This document shows, piece after piece, positions 11,843-24,660 of a DNA stretch of 64,000 nt; positions within the stretch are counted from its first letter, which is position 1, and each line of letters starts with the position of its first letter. Both the position numbers and the translations under genes were made by a program. Source of the DNA: Octopus sinensis (taxonomy: Eukaryota); NCBI RefSeq assembly GCF_006345805.1, contig NC_042999.1, positions 124,001 to 188,000 of the forward strand. The letters run 5' to 3'. The notes below the pieces were generated by a model. That model worked only from the letters and a program-made list of their open reading frames with translations, was not told the origin of the DNA and did not search any database.

Positions 11843-12790
11843 GGGGAAAATTCACAAAAGAACAAAAGACGAAGACAGGTGGTGTAGACAACAAACAGAT
11901 GTATTAGTATAACGCACGGGAAGCGAAAAAGTCTTTAACGTTTCGAGCCTACGCTCTTCCATAGAAAGAAACATAGAAAGAAACAAAGAGAGAAAATAAA
12001 AAATGTGTCGTGGCTAGCGATCTATCATGGCGAATGCCGGACAGAAGGGTCACACAGGAGAGCTAGGGTGTAGGGGAGATAATAAAGTAGTGGTGATCCC
12101 AAAACGAAGGTGCGTGTGTGTATAAGAGAGTTTGTATGTGGAATAGGGCTGGTGATCTTGACGTGTGCGTGTGTGTATGTGTGGTGAGAAAATGTGGGCC
12201 TGGGAAGTGGTCAGTGCTGGTGTGTACGTGGTGGTGTATTGTGATGTGATGTGTTGTGTGGTCTGGTGGTGTATGTTGTTGTTGCGTGTGATGTGGTGTG
12301 ATGGTGTTGGGAGGTGGGGGAGACGAGAGTGGGGAAAACAAGGGTGGCGAGTGAGTTAGGCTGAGAGTGGGGGTATAGGTGGGGTATGTAGGTAGGCAGA
12401 GGGTGGGGTATGTGGTAATGGGTGTGAAGGATGGGGTGGAGTGTGATGGGAAGCATAGGGAATTTGGGTTTGTAATGTGTAGGGGTAGAGTGGGCTTACG
12501 AGGGAGGGGTGACGATGAAGTGGGAAGGAGAAGGTGGGTAGGAGTGAAGAGAAGAGAGAAGGAGAGTAGGAGTGAAGAGAAGAAGTAGGAGTCGGAGCAA
12601 GAGAGGAGAGATGGGTAGGAGGAAGTAGGTGTGAGGGGGAAAGAGGTGAGGAGAGGAGGTTAGCTGAAGAGGGGAGGAGAGTTGAGCCCATGTGGCGCAA
12701 AGGAGCGAAGAGAGAAGTTTAATCTTGTTCACGGCGCAAACGGGAGTCCGGATGGCGCCTGTGCAAGGACAATACGAAATGAATAATAAC
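11837..12790 (-). mobile_element. Penelope-like element 3' remnant (GIY-YIG C-terminus, long 3' region, hammerhead motif)
   Basis: Minus strand ~12765-12678 reads LHRRHPDSRLRREQD, then after a 1-nt frameshift FSLRSFAPHGLNSPP, like PLE endonuclease C-termini; hammerhead-like motif at 11932-11969; ends on (TA)n. Confidence 0.7.
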
Positions 12791-14109
12791 AGAGGATGGA
12801 TAATTGTCAGCTCATTACAGCTGTTTCTTAAGTAACATTTTAATAGAAGACTAAGAACATTACTTCGTTATGAAAAGCCATAATCATCAGATGGGAAGTA
12901 ATTTTATAGGCAAAAGAACATCCCAAGAATACAACAGGGACGTGGCTAAAGTCTGTGGAGGTTAACTATAAAATGCGAGAATGACAAAATTGGCCGTCGT
13001 GGGCATTAGGGTGTGGGGTTAGGTTAAGGATATAGTTTGTGAAATAGTGTAATATGATATTTAAGGCCATCGATCCGGATGAGATAGGAATCTGTTAGAC
13101 TGGTTCTTTGATGAGAAAATTACTATTTTAAAATCTTATGAGAGATATTCAGCAACAGTACTTTGGAGTAAAGATCTTTACTCCATGGTTCTTTGATATC
13201 TTGAATATTTTATCAAGGATCTGATTCCAAGGCGCCCGGTAATATAGTAGAAGGCACTTGCCCAAGATGCTGCGCAATAGGATCGAACCCGAAATCACGA
13301 GATTGCAAAGCAAACATCTTAACTCCCAGCAATGCGCTAAGGCATATACATTATTGTATTCTTTTTTGTTAATATTTTATTGATTTCAGTCATCGAACTA
13401 CAACCATCTCTCGCGTACCTTTTAAGGTTTCAGTCGATTATATTGTCCTCAATACTTTAGATGATTCTTATTTTATCGATCTCGTAAGAAACGAAAGGGA
13501 AGTCGTTTGTGAAGTGAGAAGAGGAACAACTCGTTCGGAACTAAATGCCGCAAAGAAATTTCCTTCACCGCACCATTTCGCCTCGGCATTAAACCTTTAC
13601 GGAAACGGAATTTCTACACAAGAATATTATTGCAGTACAAAGGTAGCACTTACCTGAGTTACCTGAATTTTGGACTCCCGACAGGAAGCATAGGAGTTCC
13701 GTGTATTTATTCATCGTTCCGTTTGGTGACACAGCAATGGTTAACATTTTATTTAGGAATAAAGAATGAACAGGGTCAACGACTTAAAACGTTCTTAGAT
13801 CCCCACAAACAACAAACTGGATAAGCTTTTGGCCACGCATAAACCTTCAACGGCTTTCACCTTTCTCCGCTTGATAAAGCACGTAAATTTTACACTATCT
13901 GTAGCAAACATTTTCAGTTTTACAAGACAAATAATATTTACCATCATGTATGTGGCATAGACCCAGCCTACGGCTTCATGCTTCTATGGACACATGATGC
14001 GCTTGAAAAGGAAAAAAAAGAGCTAAAAGAATACGTTATGGGAGAATATAACTCTATTAATAGTTGTAGCTGTTTGTGTGATGCTTAAATGTATGGAAAT
14101 ATTTATGAT

Positions 14110-14330
14110 AAATATTGCTTTCAAATTTTAGCTGAATCCCAGAAATTTCTATGAAAGAGTTAAGTCGATTACATCGACCCTAGTTTTCAACTGGTACTTA
14201 TTTTATCGACCTCGAAAGGATGAAAGTTAAAGTCGACCCCGGCAGCATTTGAACATAGAACGTAAAGTTGGAAGAAATGCCGCTAAGCATTTTTTCCATC
14301 TCGGTAACGATTCTGCCGGTGCGTCGCCTT
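14110..14330 (-). mobile_element. Meta-domain SINE monomer, tail B, diverged
   Basis: Core and head recognisable. Confidence 0.72.
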
Positions 14331-14340
14331 AATAAATATT

Positions 14341-14953
14341 TATTTCTTTATTGCCCACGGGGGGAGGGGGGGGGCTAAACATAGAAAGGACACAAACAAG
14401 GACAGTCAAGGACAAACAAAGGGATTAAATCAATTACATCGACTACAGTACGTAACTGATATTTATTTAATCAAACCCGAAAGGATTAAAAGCAAAGTCT
14501 TCCTCGGTGGAATTTGAACTCAGGACGTAACGGTAGACGTAATACCTATTTCTTTACTACCCACAAGGGGGTAAACACAGAGGGGACAAACAAGGACAAA
14601 CAAACGGATTAAATCGACCCCAGTGTGTAACTGGTATTTGTTTAATCGACCCAGAAAGGATGAAAGGCAAAGTCGACCTCGGTGGAATTTGAACTCAGAA
14701 CGTAACGGCAGACGAAATACCTATTTCTTTACTACCCACAAGGGGCTAAACACGGAGAGGACAAACAATCACAGACAAACGGATTAAGTCGACTATATCG
14801 ACCCCAGTGCGTAACTGGTACTTATTTAATCGATCTCAAAAGGATGAAAGGCAAAGTCGACCTCGGAGGAATTTGAACTCCGAAAGTAACGGCAGGCGAA
14901 ATACTTCTAAGCATTTCGCCCGGCGTGCTAACGTTTCTGCCAGCTCACCGCCT
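14341..14953 (-). mobile_element. Meta-domain SINE trimer (tail A x3)
   Basis: Junctions at 14546/14547 and 14721/14722; single head at the 14953 end. Confidence 0.9.
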
Positions 14954-15179
14954 CAGAAACGCAATATTTATTGGCCAATATAGATTATAATCTGTCAAAA
15001 ACGTCGTTTTTGATTGTATTTATTTAACCTCAGGTCAGCTTTCCTCGATCAGGCCTATGATCAATGGCATTCAAACCATGACCGTCCTGTCATTTTGTAT
15101 ATCTATGATTGAACATTTCTTTTTTGTTTTGATTTAAAAAAACAACAAAAAGGAAGCAGACATACTGTAAGGTATGATT

Positions 15180-15556
15180 TTACTCTTCTACTCTTTTACT
15201 TGTTTCAGTCATTTGACTGCGGCCATGCTGGAGCACCACCTTTAGTCTTTGTAAGCCTAGTACTTATTCTATCGGTCTCTGTTGCCGAGCCGTTAAGTTA
15301 CACCAGCATCGGTTGTCAAGAGATGTTCGGGGGACAAATACAGACACACAAACATACACACACACATACATATATATTTATATATATATATATACATATA
15401 TACTTTTAGTTTCCGGTATTCTTTCAGTTTCCGTCTACCAAACCCACTCACAAGGCTTTGGTCGGGCCGAGGCTATAGTAGAAGACATTTGCCCATGAAC
15501 CCGGAACCATGTGGTTAGTAAGCAAGCTACTTACCACATAGCCACTCCTGCGCCCA
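15180..15556 (-). mobile_element. SINE family 2 with internal deletions
   Basis: Head ..GCCACTCCTGCGCC, body and tail. Confidence 0.82.
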
Positions 15557-16358
15557 TGATTTGGTAAAGATTTAACTATTATTTCTAGCAAACCGAGTGG
15601 CTATATAAATGCTTCTTCGTTGCGATTTCTACCGGTGGGTAATATCACAGGAAACACTATAAATATGCAGATATATTTAGAAGGTATAATACGTTTACAA
15701 AACAGTAATATTCTGCTCTGATAAACTAATTTGACAGTAACTTGGAAATATACGTCTAATTAGGTGGCAGCTGAGGGAATTTTCGTTGTACTCGAGACGT
15801 TTTGTGTAACGCTAATGTTTAGGTATTTCGTGAAGTGTGGCTGGAGTGTTTGTTTTTTTACCCATGATAGTAAGGATAGAACACATTAAGTAAAGTGTCT
15901 TATCATAGGCATTGATATAAAGGTAATACGATAAAAATGAACGTACAATAAATAGAAGCAATAAAATATGTTTATACAAAATGATTGTCATTTGAATAAA
16001 AGTAATTGTAACAATATTATAGAATTTTAAGCCAATATATCATAATATTTATAAGAATCTAATAAACAGTACGCTATGGTGACTACAAAAACACAGAAAA
16101 GGAAGATAAATTATAGCTGAAAACAAAGTAAGAGACATTTTGTTGCTGTACACAAACAAAATTTGGTCTAACATGGCGTCTTTGGAGAAAATGTTTGTAA
16201 TTTATCATAATAGTCAAGTATAATGATTTACTGATAAAACGTGAAAAAGAGGGATGTTTTTGAATCATTGTCCCATCGCTAGAACTCGTAAATAATCCGA
16301 TAGCTTTGAAGAAAATTTACTAGGTGGCGTACAATAGTAATATACGTATAGATACATG

Positions 16359-16444
<86 letters not shown>

Positions 16445-16674
16445 GTATGTATGTATGTATGTATATGTATATATATATATATTGTGTGTGTCTGTGTTTC
16501 TATATTTTCCTAGTCTTGTAATTTGTCTTGGTGATTCGGTAATTGCAATGGTAATTTCTCAGAAGATCGAGATTCTTCCAGAAATTCTATATCTCCGCAA
16601 TGAAAACACTTCCAATACTTTTAAATATGTTATCATTTTCAGCTGAATACTTGCTTTAAATGTAACAACTTTCT

Positions 16675-16727
16675 TTCCATCTTTCTTTCCTCCTTTCTTT
16701 CTTTCTTTCCTTCTTTCTTTCTTTCCT

Positions 16728-16787
<60 letters not shown>

Positions 16788-16790
16788 TCA
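16675..16790. repeat. (TTTC)n microsatellite
   Basis: Direct reading. Confidence 0.95.
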
Positions 16791-17501
16791 CACACTCACA
16801 ATCATACATACGCATAACCACTCACAAACACATGCACTCTCTCTCTCTCTCTGTCTCTCTCATGCATACGCACACACAAACAAGCACGCACATACAAACA
16901 TACAAACACAAACCAAATTGCTGTATGCTTGAATACCAAACGCATTCAATCCTTCTTTCAAGATTCCCGCACTTCCATTTCCCATCAATCTACCAACATG
17001 ATAATGGAATAAAAAACCACAGGTGGTTTTAATATCCGTGGCTGCCGTTAAGATGTTTGACAGTCGAGACTTGAAATAATCGTTCTGAGTTCGAACTATG
17101 GACATACCTTCAAACCACATAGACACACTCACACAGACGCACATACACACACACATACACATGCACGCACTCACTCTCTCCTTTTCAAGAAAAACATTCG
17201 ACTTGGATCATTCCCTTATTCGTTGAAAGTTTATTAGCCAACACGTAAATTTATCGAAATACACATTTGCCGAAAACAAATTAGTCGAAAGTTAAAATGA
17301 TAGAAAACATTAATCGATCTCAAATAGATCGAAAGTGTTTTGGTGAAAAATTGCGTGATATTACTTTGAAGAGATTTGTGAAAACCTGAAAAAATGAGAG
17401 AAGATATGAAGAACTACAAAGAGAAAAGAAAAGAAACTAAGTTGTGGTTTTAATTTCAAATTTCTGTATTTCGGGTAACCATTCTGTTTCAAGTTGTTTA
17501 A

Positions 17502-17712
17502 CCCTTTTATTACTGTATTTATTTTGAGATGCTCTGTGTTTCTTTCAATTAATTTTAAATACAACAAAGATAACTTAGTTATCATTAAGCTAGTGTTAGG
17601 AACATAAATTGTGACTAAGGTTTGATGGAAGATTTTTATTCGAAACTTATGAAAACAAGACATTTGTACTCAGAGCCAGAGCTAGTTTCAGCCGGGTTAG
17701 TATCAAAAGGCT
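17502..17712. mobile_element. piggyBac-type MITE, copy 1
   Basis: TTAA|CCCTTTT..AAAAGGCT|TTAA; homologous to the adjacent copy. Confidence 0.7.
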
Positions 17713-17735
17713 TTAAAATATCATGGAAACTTTAA

Positions 17736-17957
17736 CCCTTTTGTTACCATGTTTCTTTTGAGATGCTCTGTGTTTCTTTCAATTAATTTTAAATAGAACA
17801 AAGAATTTAGTAAAATAACATGGTTATGATTCAGCATGTGTTAGGAACATAAATTGTGATTAAGGTTTGGAGGAAGATTTTAATTCGAAACTTATGAAAA
17901 CAAGACATTTGTACTGCAGAGCCAGAGGCGGTTTCAGCCAAGTTGGTAACGAAAAGG
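17736..17957. mobile_element. piggyBac-type MITE, copy 2
   Basis: TTAA|CCCTTTTGTTACCA..TGGTAACGAAAAGG|TTAA: terminal inverted repeats with TTAA TSD. Confidence 0.8.
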
Positions 17958-18091
17958 TTAATAAGTAACAGGAAAGAACTACATGAAGCAGACGGGTAAC
18001 TACAGTAACACCAGTTTGCGAATATCACCTTCCTCGTTCCCCACCCCTCGTACATCTGCGCAACGACATTTTGTGTCCCTCGATTTTTTTA

Positions 18092-18133
18092 CATGTCCTG
18101 AAGAAGAGGTCGTAGCCCCGAAATATAGAAATG
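18092..18133 (+). ncRNA. Minimal type I hammerhead ribozyme motif (PLE-type)
   Basis: CATGTC-CTGAAGA-A-GAGG(TCGTAG)CCCC-GAAA-TAT-A^GAAATG: intact core, helix I 5/6 bp, helix II 3/4 bp, palindromic ATAT helix III. Confidence 0.65.
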
Positions 18134-18614
18134 CAAGGTAAAACCACAACTTGTTTTGTTTTGTTTTCTTCTTTTTGTAGTTTATTTTATATCTTCTGGC
18201 ATTGTTCCGGCTTCACAAATTCATCTCTTTAAATTACATCGAAAGATATTTGTAAATAAACACAGGAGTAGAACGAAACTTTGTTAATTATTTTCTTAAA
18301 ACAACTTCTTCGATTTTTTGAATTAAGAAAGAAAAAAATTAATGGATATTTATTCTTAATTCATTTCTAGGTAATCGGCTATTTTATGAAAAAAAAAAGA
18401 ATGCAAAAACAAAAGTAGATCGAACTGTAACTTATTTAGAAGATGTTATTTTTTAAATGATAGCAGAGTTCTACTTCGGTTTTCAAACAATTCCGATCAC
18501 GAATAAATCGTACTTTATCTCCTGTCTTTCTCATATTCATTTAATACAATAGCACCTCGGTTTACGAACGCTTTGATTTTTATTCCCCACTAGGGGCGAG
18601 CACAGATGGGACAA

Positions 18615-18936
18615 CACTTTACATATTTTTTGTTTTGTTTGTTCCTTCTCGAACCATGCCTGGCTCATAAGGGCCGGTTTTTCGGTTTCCGTGGCATATA
18701 GGTTCCCCACCAGGACGGGACGCCGGTCCGTCGCAGGTGAGCTGCAAGATGCAGGAGGAAAGATTGAGAGAAAGTTGTGGCGAAAGAGTCAGCAGAAGTT
18801 CGCCATCATCTTCTGTCGGATCCGCGTGGAGCTTAGGTGTTTCGCTCATAAACACACACATCGCCTGGTCTGAGATTCGAACCCGCGATCCCTCGACTGC
18901 GAGTCCGCTGCTCTAACCACTAGGCCATGTGCCTCC
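18615..18936 (-). mobile_element. SINE family 3 (tRNA head, GCGACGGACCGGCGTCCCGTCC tail)
   Basis: Head GGAGGCACATGGCCTAGTGGTTAGAGCAGCGGACTCGC..GGTTCGAATC; homologous to 27494 and 39139. Confidence 0.82.
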
Positions 18937-19339
18937 ACACATTACATATGGGGGCACAAAACAAGAAAAAAGAACATGGTAACCTATGAGAACATGAAAT
19001 GACAATGGAAATGAAAACGATGCAACGAAGCTACTCGGCCCCACCTCTGAAAAACTTCATTTCCACCTTTAAATCCTTTTGAAACCTGTTCCCTCCAAAG
19101 TATCTATCCCATAATTCTCCAGCAAGTCATCATAAGTTACAAAGAATGGCAGTATTTTTCTATCCATCTCCACTTCCCACATCCAATATCCACCTTTGTA
19201 TTTTGACACTTTCTTTTTTTGTTCCTCTGCAAGCAACATGCAACGTGCCAACCATTAGTGTTATCGAATCCCCTTGTTTCTACTTTTATAGGATCTTCCC
19301 AAGTTATTACCTCACTGCACAAATCCTCATTAGCATCGT

Positions 19340-19930
19340 CATACATTAATACTGTACATTTTTTCTTTTTTTGTCTGGGAGGAGAGAGTTTGGGGGTTCT
19401 TGTGTGCTAGCGTTTTTTTTTTGTTTTTGTGTCGGAGGGGAAAGGGTAGGTTTGGTGTCTGTAGGGAGAGGGTGGGACTGAGAAGGTGGGTTGGGGGTTC
19501 AAATCTGTATTACTTGCCTTCTTCCTTTTTCCTTGCTTTTTGTTCTCCGAAACCTTCCATGACTCGTCGTCCGCCACGTCGGTTGGTAAGTCGTTCTCCG
19601 TTCTTACTGGTTCTTCCCTGGTGTTCTCCTGGTTCGTCTCGGTTGCTGAAGGATAGTCCGCTCTGATGTGGATCTCCAGGACACATTTAAAGCATCGAGG
19701 GATTCTGCCCTTCACCCTGACTCCCAACACCATGTCCCCGACTGTCACCGTCTCCGCCATGTTTTCCAGGCTCTCCACCGATCCTTGTATTATTAAATCC
19801 AAAGTTTGGCCTTTCCTTGGCTGCCTCTCTGAGGCGAACCTTCACTGTGCCGAATCGGTTTCCTCTCGCAAGATATGTAATATCATGCCAGATTGATTTC
19901 AGGGCCTTTTCTATTTTGTCTGTCGACATT
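19340..19930 (-). pseudogene. Decayed retrotransposon ORF1/gag-like sequence (Tx1/L1-like)
   Basis: MSTDKIEKAL..YLARGNRFGTVKVRL, frameshift, then VRVKGRIPRCFKCVLEIHIRADYP (eroded CX2CX4HX4C knuckle) and an acidic/basic tail. Confidence 0.5.
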
Positions 19931-20073
19931 ATTTCTATTTTTCTCTCTTCAATTGAATATAATTTATAAATAATTGCTTTTTCCTATATCCCTTTCATGG
20001 TATCTTGAGGTGGCGACAACTTCACATCGCCACTCCTTGTACTCCTTGTACATATACATATACACATACACAC

Positions 20074-20104
<31 letters not shown>

Positions 20105-20171
20105 CATATATATATATACATATACACACACACACATATACATACATACATACACACACACACATACATAC

Positions 20172-20225
<54 letters not shown>

Positions 20226-20592
20226 AAGCAAGATTTATTCGTGATCAGGATTGTTCGAAAACCGAGGGACTACTGTATAGATTAAAATTTTTTTCGTGTT
20301 TAAGTGTGTTTTAGGTCCGTTGGGCGTCCAGCACAATAAATATTTAAATATTCTAATTTCTTTACTGACCCTATCAATAATCGTTTCTTATTTGGGCAGA
20401 AGGTCTGAAATTTGCGGTGAGAGATTAGTTAATATTATCATCTTAAAGACTTGACTCTTTTAAAAACATTTTATCTTTATGAAAGGCAAAGTTGACTTCG
20501 GAATTAATTGTATTCAGAGCGAGAAGACCCAGATCAAATACCGTAAGGCAGTTTTGTTGATGCTCCAAGATTCTGGCAATAATAATTCTTTC

Positions 20593-20810
20593 TAAGGCGG
20601 AGAGCTGGCAGAAACGTTAGCACAGCGGGCAAAATGCTTAGCAATATTTCGTCTGTCTCTACCTTCTGAATTCAAATTCCTGCAAGGTCGACTTTGCCTT
20701 TCATCCTTTCGGGATCGATAAATTAAGTACCAGTTGCGTACTGCGTAGATCTAATCGACTGGCCCGCTCCCCCAAAATTCCGGGCCTTGTGCCTAGAGCA
20801 GAAGAAAAAT
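20593..20810 (+). mobile_element. Meta-domain SINE monomer, tail B
   Basis: AAGGCGGAGAGCTGGCAGAAACG head, core, tail ..GGCCTTGTGCCTAGAGCAGAAG. Confidence 0.85.
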
Positions 20811-21059
20811 TTTGGTATAAGGCGAGATGTTTTAGAAGTGGGTGGTTACTCGATCACATGGACTCCTAGTGTTTGATCGGTATGTTATTTCATCAATCCT
20901 GAACAGATGAGACAAAGATGACTCCAGTGGGAACTGATCCCAGAACGTTAAGAAATGTAACGAAGAAAGCAGAACATATTTTTTTCGAAATTAAAGTTTT
21001 TGCCAAAACACCGCCATCATTAGTAACAAAAACTATCCTTCCTGCTTTTAGCCAAAAGG

Positions 21060-21230
21060 CTAAGCGACTACATCGAGTCCAGGGATCAACTGGTACTTAA
21101 TTTATCGATCCTGAAAGGATGAAAGGCAAAGTGGATCCTGGTAGCATTTCATTTCAGAATGTAAAGTCAGGAAGAACGCTGTTAAGCACTTTGTCCGGTA
21201 TGATAACAGTTCTGCCTGCTCTCCGCCTTG
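21060..21230 (-). mobile_element. Meta-domain SINE, diverged
   Basis: Core and head recognisable. Confidence 0.65.
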
Positions 21231-21984
21231 TTTAGCAACAGTAATAATAACGATTTGTAACATAGCTACATGATCACAATCTCTATGGGCGGAATATAAA
21301 CGAGATTATATTATATCAATTAATAATTTCACTGATATTTAGTTAGCGATTTATGAAAGATGACAACTGAAGAAAACCGTGGCAGGCTCTTATCGCAGAA
21401 ACTAAAAGCACATTATGTCATGGGTTATTTTGCTTCTTTATCAACGAAACTAAGATCACACCACACATCCCACATTTTGTTTTTCTGGAACCCCAAGACT
21501 CATAAAGGCAGCTAAGCGGTTTCCATGGCGTATAAACGACCGAGATCACAGCATATCCCTGGTGTGTGCAAGATCAAGGCTAGCAATTCTGAGGGAAGAG
21601 GGAAGAAGCAAACGATTGAATCTATTCATGATCGCTACTTTATTTTATCAGCTTCAAGGGGCATAAAACACTAGCGTAGCTAGGGTGTGGACCATTCGGG
21701 GCAGCCCTTCCGTTTGCCGCTCCCGGTCTTCACAAAAATCACATTGCCTACGCGAATAGGATCAAAGGTAAAGTTGATATTGACGGGATTTGAACATAGA
21801 AAGTACAGAGGCGGAAGGAATGCTGCTAACAATTTTTGTCCGACACATTAACGATTCTGCCATCGCACAGCCCAGGCTATGCATCTACTAGAAAATAATG
21901 GTTTCAATTTTAGCACAAGGCCAGCAGTTTCAGGAGAAGAGGGAAATCAATTACATTGACCCTATGTGCACAATAATCGATAAT

Positions 21985-22230
21985 CCGTTTGTCTGTCCTT
22001 GTTTGTCCTCTCTGTGTTTAGCCCCTTGTGGGTAGTAAAGAAATAGGCATTTCGTCTGTCTTCGTGTTCTGAGTTCAAATTCCGCCGAGGTAGACTTTGC
22101 CTTTCATCCTTTCGGAGACCTATAAATTAAGTACCAGTTGCATACTTAGCCTAATCGACTAATCGACTTGCATCTAATCGACTGGCTCCCTCCCCCAAAA
22201 TTTCGGCCCTTGTACCTAGTGTAGAAAAGA
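21985..22230 (+). mobile_element. Meta-domain SINE, 5'-truncated tail A / tail B hybrid
   Basis: Tail A, junction AAGAAATA|GGCATTTCG at 22045/22046, core, tail B. Confidence 0.82.
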
Positions 22231-22390
22231 ATTTATCAACATCGAAAGGATGAAAGGCAAAGTCGACCTGGGCGGAATACGAAACCAGAACGTAAAAACG
22301 GACGAAATAGCGCCAAGCAATTTGTCCGGCGCGGTAACGATTTTACTTGCACACAGTCTTTGCCATGTATTTCCTAGTGATAATGTTTTC

Positions 22391-22815
22391 TATTTCTTTA
22401 CTACCCACAAGGGGCTAAACACAGGGGACAAACAAGGACAGACAAACGGATTAAGTTGATTACATCGACCCAGTGCAGAATTGGTACTTAATTTATCGAC
22501 CCTGAAACGATGAAAGGCAAAGTCGACCTCGGCAGAATTTGAACTCAGAACGCAGCGGCGGACGAAATACCACAAAGCAGTTCTATTTCTTTACTACCCA
22601 CAAGGGGCTAAACACAGAGAGGACAAACAAGGACAGACAAACGGATTAAATCGATTACATCGACCCCAGTGCGTAACTGGTACTTAATTTATCGACCCTG
22701 AAAGGATGAAAGGCAAAGTCGACCTCGGCGGAATTTGAACTCAGAACGCAGCGGCGGACGAGATGCCGCAAAGCATTCCGCCCGGCGTGCTAACGTTTCT
22801 GCCAGCTCGCCGCCT
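22391..22815 (-). mobile_element. Meta-domain SINE dimer with 20 bp TSD and variant junction
   Basis: TTCCT(A/G)GTGATAATGTTTTC at 22371-22390 and 22816-22835; inner junction at 22583/22584 is 12 nt upstream of the usual site. Confidence 0.88.
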
Positions 22816-23274
22816 TTCCTGGTGATAATGTTTTCTATCATAGGCAAATGACCTGAACAGTTCAACGGACTCCAATGCTTCAATCATACTAAAGCAGTCG
22901 ACCTCAATTACTTATTGTCTGTTCAGCATAGCCTTCAAAAGGACACTAACGGTTTCGTGACGTGAATGTTTGTATTTATGGTTATTGCAAATTGCGTAGA
23001 TTATACACAATCTATTAATTCTGATTTATATACAATCGATTTCTAAATTTTAGGACAGTTGATTCAAAATATCAATAAATCATTGCATTATTTTTTGGCA
23101 GTATTTCTTTTTATTTTTATCTTTGAAAAATATTGAAATTTCGATGTATGTGTTCGTGTGTTTGCGTAGACAGGCATACACGTGCATGCACACACACACA
23201 CACACACACACATACACACACATACACTCATATATGTATATAATTACACACACACATATATATGCGCACGCGTG

Positions 23275-23310
<36 letters not shown>

Positions 23311-23371
23311 TATATAAGTATGTATAGTTGTATGTATGTATATCTCTATATCTATCTTCATGACTGTACAA

Positions 23372-23441
<70 letters not shown>

Positions 23442-23488
23442 TGTGTGTGTGTGTGTGTATATATAATGCATACACAGACATACACACA

Positions 23489-23533
<45 letters not shown>

Positions 23534-23721
23534 ACGTTTGATTTTATGTCAAGTTATATAAAAACTTAACATTAACTGAAGGATTGCTCAATAGTTTCAG
23601 CAGAATACATGTTTGATAAATTTCGAATTCACAGTGACTTCGAAGTGTAATAAACTACACACACCCACGCACACGCACAAAGACACAAACACACACACAC
23701 ACACACACACACGCAGATATA

Positions 23722-23954
23722 CAAGTTTGGCCAAAAGTCACCTGACAGTAAATCAAATTTCTATTTATACTATCTGTAATTCTGTATTGACTCGAATGGG
23801 AAAATGTGTCGCACTAGAAGGACTACAGTTTGAATAATTTTCATGATGTTTCATATTTAGATGCTTTTATGAAATTCATTCAGTTGTTAAATATAAATAT
23901 ATCTTGGAATTAAATGGTTTTGATTTACTGTCAGGTGATTTTTGGTCAACCCTG
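23722..23954 (+). mobile_element. Tc1/mariner MITE
   Basis: ~38 bp imperfect TIRs (CAAGTTTGGCCAAAAGTCACCTGACAGTAAATCAAA and complement), TA TSD; internal LTRMGKCVALEGLQFE* resembles a transposase C-terminus. Confidence 0.8.
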
Positions 23955-24144
23955 TATATGTATATGTATATATATATACAATAATATATACGTTTTATTT
24001 ATTATTTTGCACATTACTTAATCATCAGTATATTATTTTTTATCTTATATTTAATATTTCTATTATATGTAATTTTCTAGAAAGTGTAATTTAATTTTTC
24101 ATTTTGAATTGATAAAAGGTGTTTTTTTTTCTAATTTATATATG

Positions 24145-24184
<40 letters not shown>

Positions 24185-24206
24185 TATATATATATTCATA
24201 TATATG

Positions 24207-24253
<47 letters not shown>

Positions 24254-24489
24254 TATATAGGTTAGTAGAGTTAGCGGTTGGAATAACCGTCTAAGGGATA
24301 AGAGTAATAAGAGAATCCGTTTTACTACCGGTGTAAATTACCTATGTTAACCCTGGGCATACGTATGCAAGCATATTATGCTCATAGTGTATAGGCAATA
24401 AGAAAAATAAACAAAAATAAGCAAAAATTTGATTCCTGATAAACTTTTGTTTATTTATATATATATATATATATATATCTATATATATA

Positions 24490-24660
24490 TAGTTGAAATT
24501 TATAGAAAAACAAAAGATGAAGACTGGTGTATGAATAACAAGCAGGCGTATTAGTTTGACGCTCGGGAAAGTGAAAGTTTTTTACACTTCGAGTCAACGC
24601 TCTTCAGCAGAAAGGAATAAGAGACAATAAACAGAGAATGAAAAACAGAAAACTTGTAGA
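24490..24660 (-). mobile_element. PLE-type terminus with degenerate hammerhead, ending on (TA)n
   Basis: Homologous to 11840-12000; CTGCTGAA-GAG(CGTTGA)CTC-GAAG core is mutated. Confidence 0.6.
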
